From: Naegleria gruberi
Lineage: Eukaryota
Direction: 5' to 3' (one strand)
DNA: 64,000 bases
Assembly (NCBI GenBank): GCA_000004985.1
Contig: GG738926.1
Positions 21,756 to 32,862 of this stretch are shown here, in pieces. Under the pieces are notes generated by a model, which was not told where the DNA came from, did no database searches, and saw only the letters and a program-made list of their open reading frames with translations. A program made the translations under genes and the position numbers. Numbering within the stretch: position 1 is the first letter of the stretch; each line of letters starts with the position of its first letter.

Positions 21756-22718
21756 TTATTGATCTAGAATTGTAACTGAATCATTGGCATTAAACACATT
21801 GAGGTGAAGATAATAAGTGTTAGGAGGGAGGTTTTGCCATTCTTCATATTTGCCAGTATTCAAATTTGTAATTTTCAAAGTGTTTTTGCTGCAATCGAGG
21901 TCAACTTGGATAATATGTCCAACAGCCCAATCATTTGATGCAGTGGTTGAGGAGCTTGAACAGTCAGTAAATTTTTGATTTCTACTTGAAATACCAAAAT
22001 TATTTGGTTGCTCGAACGAGTTTTGATAATCAGTTAACGGCTTACTTGCTACACCAACCATAATCCAATGGGAAGTTGATGCAAAATGATTCATTCTGAG
22101 CTTCCAAGTTCGTTTTCCACTGGAAATACCATCACTACCAAGTGCACAAGTATTACCTGTTTGAGAAGCAGTTGCCGTCTTGTTATTATCAGACAAGTCA
22201 GTATAGGGTCCTTTAAGATTCATATCAAATGTATCAGCAATGCCATTTCGTTCCTGATCAGCCGATTCATCAGAAAACATTTCAGAGATCAAATAATAAT
22301 CTGCCTCCTCTCTCAACAAATCTCTTTTAGATTTATCGAGTGCTGATAAATCAACCTTTCCATATCTCATAAAATCCAAAACATAGTGAAATAGTTTAGG
22401 ATTTCTATCAATGAAATAGGATCCGTCCTCATCAGGCAACCATTTTCCACTCGAAATCATTGCATAAAAGAAGGTATCCTTCTTTGATAGCAATGTTTCC
22501 CTGCTCGTTTTAAAAATCTTTCCTCCGACATCCAATTTAATTGTGGATTTTGCCTTGTTGGCATTTTCTTCCATTAATTTTTCCTTCTCCGACCATTCTT
22601 GCTCCAATTTTAAAAGATGGGAAATTCGTTCCTCAATGGAAAGTTGTGCAGCGAGAAGTTGTTTGGCGCCTTGATCGAGTTGGTTTTTGAGAGATTCGTA
22701 TGACGAGTTGTTGGACAT
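21756..22718 (-). CDS. BTB/POZ (K+-channel-tetramerisation-type, KCTD-like) domain protein, 320 aa
   Basis: N-terminal coiled coil. The BTB_2 signature is KLDVGGKIFKTSRETL ... GSYFIDRNPKLFHYVLDFMRYGKVDL. The C-terminal half is unassigned. Confidence 0.75.
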   Translation of the reverse strand: MSNNSSYESLKNQLDQGAKQLLAAQLSIEERISHLLKLEQEWSEKEKLMEENANKAKSTIKLDVGGKIFKTSRETLLSKKDTFFYAMISSGKWLPDEDGSYFIDRNPKLFHYVLDFMRYGKVDLSALDKSKRDLLREEADYYLISEMFSDESADQERNGIADTFDMNLKGPYTDLSDNNKTATASQTGNTCALGSDGISSGKRTWKLRMNHFASTSHWIMVGVASKPLTDYQNSFEQPNNFGISSRNQKFTDCSSSSTTASNDWAVGHIIQVDLDCSKNTLKITNLNTGKYEEWQNLPPNTYYLHLNVFNANDSVTILDQ

Positions 22719-22887
22719 TTTTTTTTTTGAACAGAAAAGAATTCTATAAATAATTCACAAATTACGATGGGAATTGGTAAATTGGACAAGAAGTTGTGAA
22801 AAGAAGAAGATAATTTTATATTTAATGTTTATTATTTGGTATTGAAATTAGTTTTCAATTTTTTATTAGAAAGTTCTGTTAAAAAAA

Positions 22888-25800
22888 ATGAAACTATTAA
22901 ACTTGTTTATTTTTCTAATATTATTTCCCACACTAATTTATTCATCATCCGCAGAGGATACGAGAAATTATTCCAGCTCATCCATTAATAATTCGAATAA
23001 TTTTCCTTCATCCTCTTTGAAAACTAATGTTGTTAACTATTCGAAAGGAATTAATTTACAAATAATTTATTACATTAATTCTGATGATGTCAAATATCAG
23101 AATACAACTTGTCAAGACGAAAGTCATCCATGTTCAGATATGAACCAAGTGATCTTGGCAGCAAATACGAAACTATTCGAAATATTTCATGAAAATGATC
23201 AAACTAAATTAGATTCTTTTACAATGATTGTCATGATTGATTCGAAATTGGAATGTAACAAACTGCTCTTTGATTTTTCAAATTATACGAAACGATTCGA
23301 AATGAGGTGGAAAGGATACGAAAATGGTTTATTCTCTGCTTGTCTAAATAGTTTAGATGAAAATTCCATTTTAGATGCTTTCACTGTTGAGAATGGAAAG
23401 ATTTCAGGCGAATTGAATAATAGATTAGGTATCAAGAATTTGGAAATTCGAAACTGTCACGATGGTGGAATGATTTACTTTTATACTAAAATAGAAAATT
23501 TGCTGATTGCTGACAGTTTCTTTCATGAAGATACTGAAATAACTGAGATTACAAATGTACGAGTGGAAAATACGCAATTGGATGATTTTGAAATTGTTTC
23601 GAATGGAGCAAGTGTTGAAATTTCAAATTCTAAAATTCAAGGAATTGTTGATTTGCAGAATTTTAAATCATTTTCTATTCGAAACTCAATTTGGAAAAAT
23701 AACCGAGTTCATGAGGATTATTCATCAACATTTAATTTAGGACAAGATGTTTCATTTGATAATGTAACAACTAATGCTAAAATTGTGTTTATTTCAATCA
23801 AGTCAATCAAGATGAATGGGCTAATTGTACACAATTATGGAAACGGATATTTCTTGTATCAAATGATACGAGTTTCTCATTTCTATCTAAGCAACAGTTC
23901 GTTTGTGGGAAATTTCGTGCTCAACAACTATTTACTCTCCTTGCAAATAGTTGAATCTATACAAATTGAAAATTGTACAGTTTCTAATAATGTTGGAGGT
24001 TTCATCATGGTAACAGATGCTACTTTGATAATGGGACAGGTGAATATACGAATTAGTAAGAGTGTATTTCAATCCAACGAGATGCTGTCAGATATTGCTC
24101 TAATTGACATTGTGGATCAAACAAGAGAGATGTATTTTATCACAGTTGACCATTGTAAATTTTTGGAAAATACAGGAGAATCCACTTTACACATTGATGG
24201 AGGACTTGCCCAAATTTCCAATTCAGACTTCTACTTTAATATTGCAAACGAACATGGTACTGCATACTTGAATTGCTATGTTACAATTTCAAACTCTAAA
24301 TTCATCGCTAATCAAGCCAAGTTAGGAGGAGCCATTTACATTGGTCCTGCTGGAAATATTGATGCATCTCAAACAATTGATTTTACTTGTGATAATAATT
24401 GGGCAACCTACGCTGGAGGATGCATTTATTCAGAAAATTTGGATTTTTCAAAATTGAAACGCATGAATGGAACTAATATTGCTAAATATTATGGAAATGA
24501 TGTGGCCACACCTATTGTGAGTCTGGATGCTACATTTGATGAGGTAGATTCTAATGGAAATATTGAGGTTTACCCAGGTCAAGCATTCCAAATTAATTTT
24601 TTCCCAAGAGACAAGTTCAATCAGAGCACCTCTTATTTATTGAATCAATATTTGTTTATCAATTCAGAAAAAGGTCATTTTACAATCTCTCAGAATTTTT
24701 TAGATGGAATCCATTCTATTCCAGTAGTTTTGCAAATATTTCCAATTGACGACTACAACCCATCATTGCCACCACTTGTAATATTGATTTCTTCAAAAAT
24801 TGAAATCAAAATTCCTGTAAATATTCTCCCATGTCCAGATAGTTCTTTCCTGAAATTATCTCAAAATGGACATTACTGTGAACAAATTCCATTAGCAGCG
24901 ATTCTGTCATCTGTAATTTTGGGAATTATTTTGATAACCATTATATTGGCAGCATTAATAGTGATAGCTAGGAAATTATTGAAATTGAGAAAACAGGAAC
25001 GTGCTGAAAAGAAAATGGAGCTATTGTTCAAAGATAAGGAATTTATATTCGAAACAGAACAAGCACCTCTATTACTTTCTAATACCATCAACAGTAGTGA
25101 TTCAGGTGAAAGTAGATCAATAATTGGAAACAGGCAACAATACATCATTCCAATTTCTGAAATTAATATTTTGAAAAGAATAGGAGAAGGTGGAATGGGT
25201 GTCGTATATCACGCGAAGTGGAATCGAACTGATGTTGCCATCAAACAATTGAAAACAGATTCCAATGATGAAGAATTCGAAAATGAAGCAATTTTAATGA
25301 GCTCACTTCGACATCCATGTATTGTGAGCTGTTTTGGAGTTTCTCTGACAACCAATGGAAAATATATGATTGTAGAATATTTGGAAAATGGAAGTCTAGA
25401 AAAGGCAATTTATAATTCAAAGATGGGAAGAGCAATTTTGAGATTTGAAACCAAGTTGAAAATATTAACTGATGTTGCCAAAGGATTAGTTTATTTACAT
25501 TCAATCAAACCTCATAGAATTATTCATAGGTATGTTTACTACTTTTATTGGAATAGATATTAATTATGGAATAGAGATTTGAAACCAGGAAATTTATTAC
25601 TCGATAAGAATATGAATGCAAAAGTTGGGGATTTTGGATTGAGCAAAATTGTTTCGAATAATTCTGCAACAATGACAGCAAATGTAGGAACTTTACTTTA
25701 CATGGTAAGTCTAGATAATTTCACAAATTGAATTAAATTGTTATCAATTTAGGCGCCAGTAAGTAATTTCGAAATTTAATTTATTAAAATTTCGAATATT

Positions 25801-26217
25801 TTACAATAGGAATTACTTTCGAATGATCACAAAGGTCAAAGTACAAAAGTGGACGTTTATTCATTTGGAATTATTATGTGGGAAATTTTATTCGAAGAAT
25901 CACCATTTTCAAATGAAATTGATGGTTTCACTAATGTTTTCCAAATATTGAAGAAAGTTACAAAAGGTCATCGACCACCCTTACTATTCGAAACTAGTGC
26001 TTTATTGGAGGCAGATAGAAATCAGAAAGTTGATGAATGGATTGATCATAACTTTACAAAGAAACAAATCGAAACTATTGGAAAGGAAAATATTTCTAAA
26101 TTATATGAATCATATATAGAAATTATGGAACACTGTTGGAATCATGACGCATCTAAAAGACCTGAATTTATTGAAATTACAGATCAATTAGAAACCTTGC
26201 AATCGAACTTTGCTTAA
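22888..26217 (+). CDS. Receptor protein kinase (TKL-like) with a beta-helix-like ectodomain; 4 exons including a 6-nt microexon
   Basis: Exons are 22888..25529, 25575..25704, 25753..25758 and 25810..26217. The introns are 25530..25574 (GTATGT..AG), 25705..25752 and 25759..25809 (both GTAAGT..AG). It has a signal peptide and about 640 aa of NxS/T-rich repeats reminiscent of a parallel beta-helix. The TM helix is [25 protein letters not shown]. The kinase domain reads [21 protein letters not shown]|[21 protein letters not shown]|AP|ELL. Confidence 0.75.
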
Positions 26218-26248
26218 TTTCCTTTTCCAATCTTTTTTCAAAGGTTTA

Positions 26249-26944
26249 TTATTTCTTATTATTATTAATGTCACTAAATTCATAGATTCCATTTCCATAT
26301 TGTGCCATTTCTTGCATGTTAGGTGCAGAACCTGACCCAATTCCAGTAAAATGGAATGCATCTCTAATAGATTTAAAGGCATCAACAGAGCTGATATCCT
26401 GAATATGACCATCACACATAATCAAAATATTTTCAATCTTTGGAAATTTCCTAAAAGTTTGGTTTAGGGCTTGTTTAAGCAAAGTATTACCCAATAATGG
26501 AACTGACCACACATTAAGAAATTGGTTTAGAGCATCCAAATCAGTAGGTTCAATTGTGTCTCCGTGTTTAAACCACTCAGTTGTAGATCCCCATAAGGCA
26601 ATGGAAATTTTTAGATCTCCAGTATTAAACGCCTTGGATTGAACAAAATTATTAAAACAATCAATTAAAGTTTTGAAAGGAGATCCTTTCATTGATACGG
26701 AAGCATCACCCAGAATAACAATCTGGCCCTCTTCAATGATAGATGATCCAGCAAGTTTTGAATTCTTACTGGTTGTCTTGAGAGAGGTATTGATTTTCAA
26801 AGCATCTGCTCTAGTGGTCACTTGAGCTGGTTCAATAATCTTTGAATTCACCTCGATACCAAAAGAAGGTATTTTCCTTTGGAACATTGTGCTTTGAGCG
26901 TTTAATATTGGTTCTGGCATCAGGTTATTATGATTATGATCCAT
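26249..26944 (-). CDS. von Willebrand factor type A (vWA) domain protein, 231 aa
   Basis: Real ATG at 26942-26944. A MIDAS-like motif is present (IVILGDASVSM, i.e. DxSxS) with the downstream hydrophobic beta-strand pattern of a vWA fold. The stop lies 31 bp from the stop of the convergent receptor kinase. Confidence 0.6.
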   Translation of the reverse strand: MDHNHNNLMPEPILNAQSTMFQRKIPSFGIEVNSKIIEPAQVTTRADALKINTSLKTTSKNSKLAGSSIIEEGQIVILGDASVSMKGSPFKTLIDCFNNFVQSKAFNTGDLKISIALWGSTTEWFKHGDTIEPTDLDALNQFLNVWSVPLLGNTLLKQALNQTFRKFPKIENILIMCDGHIQDISSVDAFKSIRDAFHFTGIGSGSAPNMQEMAQYGNGIYEFSDINNNKK

Positions 26945-27011
26945 GGACCTACTACTTACTTTTCAGCATCTTTGTTCTTCTTGTCAATGTCTTCTACGTT
27001 GTTCTTGACAG

Positions 27012-27296
27012 CTACAGTTGCAAAGACATCATCAAGTTGGAGATCTTTGAGCTGTTAGAACCCTCTCCACTTTTAAACTTTTCCTGCATAGCTTTAATGC
27101 TACCTCTTCTTTTTGACAATTCAGTTACTTCCTCTCTTTCCTTGGTAATTGGACTGCTTGAAGTAGAAGCAATCAAAGGAACTTGAAGTAATGATGGCCT
27201 GACTGGAGTCCTCAAATACTTTTGATCAGTTTCATTGCTTGGCTTTTTCTCAAATTGTTGGGAAAGATTTTTAACACTGTTTGTTGTTGGTATCAT
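27012..27296 (-). CDS. Small S/T/K/E-rich ORF (94 aa); could be a separate small gene or an upstream exon of the vWA gene
   Basis: The ORF has a real ATG and a non-random, protein-like composition. I could not find a splice linking it in-frame to 26944. Confidence 0.25.
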   Translation of the reverse strand: MIPTTNSVKNLSQQFEKKPSNETDQKYLRTPVRPSLLQVPLIASTSSSPITKEREEVTELSKRRGSIKAMQEKFKSGEGSNSSKISNLMMSLQL

Positions 27297-28160
27297 GTTA
27301 GAGTTGATTTTTTTTGATCATTATTTTCCATGACAGCAAGTCAAATGAAAGAATTTCAAATAATTATTGTAAACTGATTTTTTAGCAAATTTGCACCAAC
27401 CTACCCTGTTTGATGGAAAAGAGCAACCAATCCCCAAACAGAAATAAATCAAACATGTCTATGCTGACCTTATTTCATAATTTTCTGGAAACTAAAGGCA
27501 AGAAATAGTACTCTAGTACCGATAATAATTCTTTACAATCTTTTACTACAGTTTTCATGTCAAATCACCTGATAAATTTATCAACCATGTTCCATTCCGA
27601 CCAAATTGTAATCCAACATCTCAGTTCTTGAGTGAGTAAAGGAGTTGTTCGCGAAAATTAAATTGATGATGGAAAGCAAGAAAGGATGCTAAATATTCTA
27701 TTATACTATTACGAATATTCTTGTTGTTATTGGCTGATAATTTATTATTAATCTCCATTGAATATTATTCTTGATGATGAATTTAAAATCCAAGGAAGGC
27801 TTCCGAACAACATGTTTTTTCTTGATTGTTGCGCTTTCATTTTCCGTTACAAATTTGCAAATAAAAAATATTTCAAAATTAAAATCACTGATGATGAAGC
27901 CATCAATTATTTCAAATAATACTTGTATCTATTCCGTACAGTAATGATGATGAAACTGGCCAAAACTCTAGAAAGCCAGGAAGATCGGATTTTTTACTGT
28001 TAGCATTCTTCCGAACCTTCCTTTCTCTAAGCCTTCCTTTTTTCAACACCATCACAAAGCCTTGTTATAATAATTTAATAATTTGCAACGTTTATTCATC
28101 ATCAAATTCCTTACTTTCAAAGCCATGAATCTTCATTCAGGCAACAAACCTTCCTCCTTT

Positions 28161-28308
28161 ATCACAACAATTAATCATCAATTCTACAACATATGATCTT
28201 ATATTCAATTGTTCATAGATGAAATAATTGCCCTTCATCACAAAAATTAATCATATCAATTCTACAACTTGTGATCTTATATTAAATTGTTCATAGATGA
28301 AATAATTG
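28161..28308. repeat. Tandem direct repeat, 2 copies of about 70-72 bp (period 76), about 450-600 bp upstream of the pyruvate carboxylase ATG
   Basis: Copy 1 is 28161..28230 (atcacaacaattaatcatcaattctacaacatatgatcttatattcaattgttcatagatgaaataattg). Copy 2 is 28237..28308, about 90% identical, with a 2-nt insertion and a few substitutions. Confidence 0.8.
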
Positions 28309-28769
28309 ATCAGCCTCGGCAAATTAGATTAGTCCCCACCTTCACAATGGCATAAACAATCTCATCATTAGCAACCAACTTTCTATTATGTTGCAAAAGG
28401 GCCTGAAAAAGATCTTGAAAATTCGCGAAAGATTTTCGCTTATTTTTACAATGAACACTCGATTCGGATTTTTGAGGAGAATAACAAGCAAGAAATTGAG
28501 CGAGTACAGAGATAAGCTATTTTGTAAACTCGAGTTGTCTGTATTGGTTGGCGACTTTTAGGATTAATTTGGCCAGTAGGAAGTGTTCACCTACTCTCTC
28601 TCTTTCCACAACTGCAGTTGTTGTTGTGAAAACATTTCACAAACAAAAAAACACAACGAAAACACACTTGTCAATTTGTTGCTGTTGATCAAAGAATTTC
28701 AAATTTTGTAAAATAGGTAAGCTAATTTGAAAAGAGCTTCTTGAGATTTATAATTTGATCAAACTATTT

Positions 28770-31700
28770 ATGAAACCAAACACCAATGTGGATCATTATC
28801 AAAAAAAGGACCACATCAAGTCAATCACAACAAGAATGAAGAAAGTTTGTTTATCCAAGTCAACTTCATCCTCTACCTCTGCCAAACTCAATTTTGCTAT
28901 TCAAAAGCATAAGAAGAATGGTAATTCATCTTCAATCTTTAACAGATCTACTCCAATTTCCTTCTCCAACACTGACTATATTCAACAATTATATCGTCAA
29001 TATGGAACCACAAGAATCTCCTTGAAGGAATTTGAAAAGTTGCTTGTGGCCAACAGAGGTGAAATTGCCACGAGAATTTTACGTTCTGCCCACGAAATTG
29101 GTTGCAGAACTGTTTCGATTTATGCAAAACAAGATGCTTCCTCTGTGCATCGTTACAAAGCAGATGGTAAGTTGTTTTATTTGAATATGTTATTATAATA
29201 ATTGATCGTATTTTGTAATAATATTTGATGAAATAATTGTAAAAATTCCGATCAATAGAAAGTTACTTGATCGGAAAGGACAAGGAATTAGGTCCAGTTG
29301 AAGCTTACTTGAGCATTGATGAGATTATTAAAATTGCCAAGGAGAATGGAGTTGATGCCATTCACCCTGGTTATGGATTTCTTTCAGAGAGAGCTGATTT
29401 TGCACGTGCTTGTTCTGAAAATGGTATTCAATTCATTGGTCCAGTAAGTATTTCATGTGATTGCAATAATATATTTAACAAATTGTTGGTAGACTGCTGA
29501 TGTTGTTGAATCTTTTGGTGACAAGACAAGAGCTAGAAAGGTTGCTACTGATATTGGAATTCCTGTTGTTCCTGGAACTCCAACTGTAAGTATTCTATAC
29601 TTCTTTAATCCTTAATCGATTGTAAATTATTCAAATAACTTATGTTCATTCCTATTTATAATGAACTTGTCCAATTGACCAAAATATTAAGGCAGTAACA
29701 AGTATTGCAGAAGCCAAAACCTTCTGCTCCCAAATTTCCTTCCCAGTCATTTTGAAAGCTGCCATGGGAGGTGGTGGAAGAGGTATGAGAGTTGTTTCCA
29801 AAATGGAAGATTTAGAAGAAGCATTCCAAAGAGCTTCCTCTGAAGCTTTGAATGCTTTTGGTTCTTCAGCAATTTTCATTGAAAAGTTTGTTGAAAAGCC
29901 ACGTCACATTGAGGTTCAAATCTTGGCCGATAAGTTTGGAAATGTTGTTCACTTGTACGAAAGAGATTGTTCAGTGCAAAGAAGACATCAAAAAGTTGTT
30001 GAAATTGCTCCAGCTCCACATTTGAATCCTCAAGTGAGAGAAAAGATTTTGGCTGATGCTGTTCGTCTTGCTCGCCACGTCAAGTATCAAAATGCAGGAA
30101 CATTTGAGTTTTTAGTCGATTCTAATGGAAAGGATTATTACTTTATTGAAGTCAATCCACGTCTTCAAGTCGAACACACTGTTACTGAAGAAATTACAGG
30201 TGTTGACATTGTCCGTTCTCAAATCTTAATTGCCGAAGGAAAGAGTTTGGACGAAATTGGTTTAAAACAAGAAAGCATTTCAGTCAGAGGTTCTGCCATT
30301 CAATGTAGAGTTACCACTGAAGATCCATTGAATGGATTCCAACCAGATACTGGTGTATTGGAAGCTTTCAGAACTGGTGAAGGTATGGGTATTCGTTTGG
30401 ATATTGGTTCTGGTTATGTTGGATCAAAGGTTTGTTTTTTTAACACTTTACAAAATATTTAATTCTTCTCGTTCTTTCACATCAATAGATTACACCATTC
30501 TATGATTCGCTCCTTGTCAAGGTCATTGGTAAAGGTCTCACTCATGAAGAAGCTTCCAACAAATTGAGACGTGCCTTGGCTGAATTCAGAATTCGTGGTG
30601 TCAAACACAATATTCCATTCTTGCAAAAGGTCTTATCTCATGAAAAGTTCTTAAATGGTTATGTTGACACCTCATTCATTGATACTAACCCAGAACTCTT
30701 CCAATTCTCATCCAGTGGTAACAGAGCTCAAAAGCTCTTATCATTCTTGGCTGAAAATGTTGTCAATGGACCAACTACATTACTCGTCACTGATTTGGAA
30801 CCATCCAAGAAGAATCCAACTGTTCCAAAGACACCTACTGGTGCTCCTCCACGTGGCTGGAAACAAGTTCTCGATGAACAAGGTCCTGAAGCATTTGCAA
30901 AGGCCATTCGTGATAGAAGTGAATTGCTCATTACTGACACAACCATGAGAGATGCTCACCAAAGTTTATTGGCAACTCGTGTCAGAACCAGAGATTTAAT
31001 GTCTATTGCTCCATATACTGCTCACGCCATGTCAGATTGTCTTTCATTGGAAATGGGAGGTGGTGCAACCTTTGATGTTTGTTTGAACTTTTTGAGAGAA
31101 TGTCCATTCGAAAGATTGGCTAAGTTGAGAGAAGCCATTCCTAACATTCCATTCCAAATGTTATTCAGAGGTGCAAATGCTGTTGGTTACACTGCTTATC
31201 CAGATAATGTTGTTTACAAATATTGTAAGAAAACAGTTGAACATGGTATGGACATTTTCAGAATCTTTGACTCATTGAACTATGTTCCAAATATGGAGTT
31301 GGGTATTGATGCTGTTGGTAGCGCTGGTGGCGTTATTGAAGCAGCCATTAGTTATACAGGAGATGTCAGTGATCCTAAAAAGTCCAAGTATAATTTGGAA
31401 TATTATTTGAAAGTTGCCAGATCACTTGTTGAAAAGGGAGTTCACATTTTGTGTATCAAAGACATGGCTGGTTTGTTGAGACCTAGTGCAGCAACCTTAT
31501 TGATTGGTGCTTTGAGAAAGGAATTCCCACACATTCCAATTCATCTTCACACTCACGATACTGCAGGAACTGGTGTTGCTACTTTATTGGCAGCTGCTGA
31601 AGCTGGTGCTGATATTGTTGACGCTGCTATTGATAGCATGTCAGGATTGACTAGTCAACCTAGTTTGGGAGCTATTGTTGCTTCATTGAAGAACACTCCA

Positions 31701-32845
31701 TTGGATACTAAATTGGATTTGGGTAAACTCTCCAAAGTTTCTGATTATTGGGAACAAGCCAGAGGATTGTATGCTCCATTCGAATGTACTACTACTTTGC
31801 GTTCTGGTTCTAGTGATGTTTATGTCCATGAAATTCCAGGAGGTCAATATACCAATTTGAATGCTCAAGTTTATTCCATCAATGGTTCACTTGGTAAGTT
31901 TAATTTTTTTACTTTCTAATAGCTAATTATTGTTTTTTTAAATATGAATATAATTTCAGATGGATTCCCTAAGGTTAAGGAATCATATGAAATTGCCAAT
32001 AGATTATTGGGAGATATCATCAAGGTCACACCAAGTAGTAAGGTTGTCGGTGATTTGGCTCAATTCATGGTTCAAAACAACTTGGCTGAAAAGGATGTTA
32101 TTGAAAAGGCCGATCAATTGTCATTCCCTAACTCTGTTCTCGAATATTTTGAAGTAAATTGGGTATTCCATATGGTGGTTTCCCAGAACCTTTGAGAACC
32201 AAGGTTATGAGAGGAAAACCATCCATTGAAGGAAGACCAGGTGCTAGCATGCCAGATTTTGACTTTGTCAAGTTGAAGGACAAGTTGAAGAAGGATTTGG
32301 ATTATGATGCCTCTGAAGAAGATTTGATTTCTTCATCTCTCTTCCCAAAGGTATTTGAGGAATATGTTCAATTCAAACAACAATATGGTGAGGTCACTAA
32401 TTTGGGAACTCGTCAATACTTTAAGGGAATTAAAGTTGGTGAAGAAACTGAAGTTGAATTAGAAAAGGGTAAAGTCTTACATATCAAATTGAAGGCCATT
32501 GGAGAAGTTGGAAGTGATGGTAAGAGAGAAGTTTTCTTTGAAGTAAATGGTCAATCACGTCTTGTTTTGGTTCAAGATAAGAAACTCTCCAAGACTATTC
32601 AAATCAGATCAAAGGCCAATAAGAAGGATCCAAATGAAATTGGAGCACCAATGCCAGGTAAAGTTATTGACATTAAAGTCAAGGAAGGTGATAAGGTCAA
32701 GAAGGGAGATACTTTATTGGTCCAAAGTGCCATGAAGATGGAAACTCAAGTCAAGTGTAACTTTGATGGTATTATCAAATCACTTGGTGTTAAGGTTGGT
32801 GATGAAGTTCAAGGTGGAGATTTGTTATGTATTGTTTCTCAATAA
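28770..32845 (+). CDS. Pyruvate carboxylase (biotin carboxylase + carboxyltransferase + biotinyl domains), 7 coding segments
   Basis: Exons are 28770..29166, 29259..29443, 29493..29585, 29692..30429, 30489..31893 and 31960..about 32153, then a frame-shifted continuation of about 32155..32845. The introns all start GTAAGT, or GTTTGT at 30430. It opens with an N-terminal mitochondrial-type presequence. The motifs are [89 protein letters not shown] and AMKMET (biotin attachment). There is a 1-nt frame discontinuity at 32151..32161 (see findings). Confidence 0.85.
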
Positions 32846-32862
32846 ATTATTATTATCTTTCG

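Noticed and set aside
27012-27060. Splice joining the small minus ORF 27012..27296 to the vWA ORF through the GTAAGT at about 26955 on the minus strand
   Set aside because: The frames are incompatible. The frame that runs into that GTAAGT has no ATG and the ATG-bearing ORF stops before it, so the link is not modelled.
26842-27186. 114-aa plus-strand ORF spanning the vWA gene start
   Set aside because: It overlaps the 5' end of the minus-strand vWA CDS and the small minus-strand ORF 27012..27296. It is hydrophobic and low-complexity with no start context.
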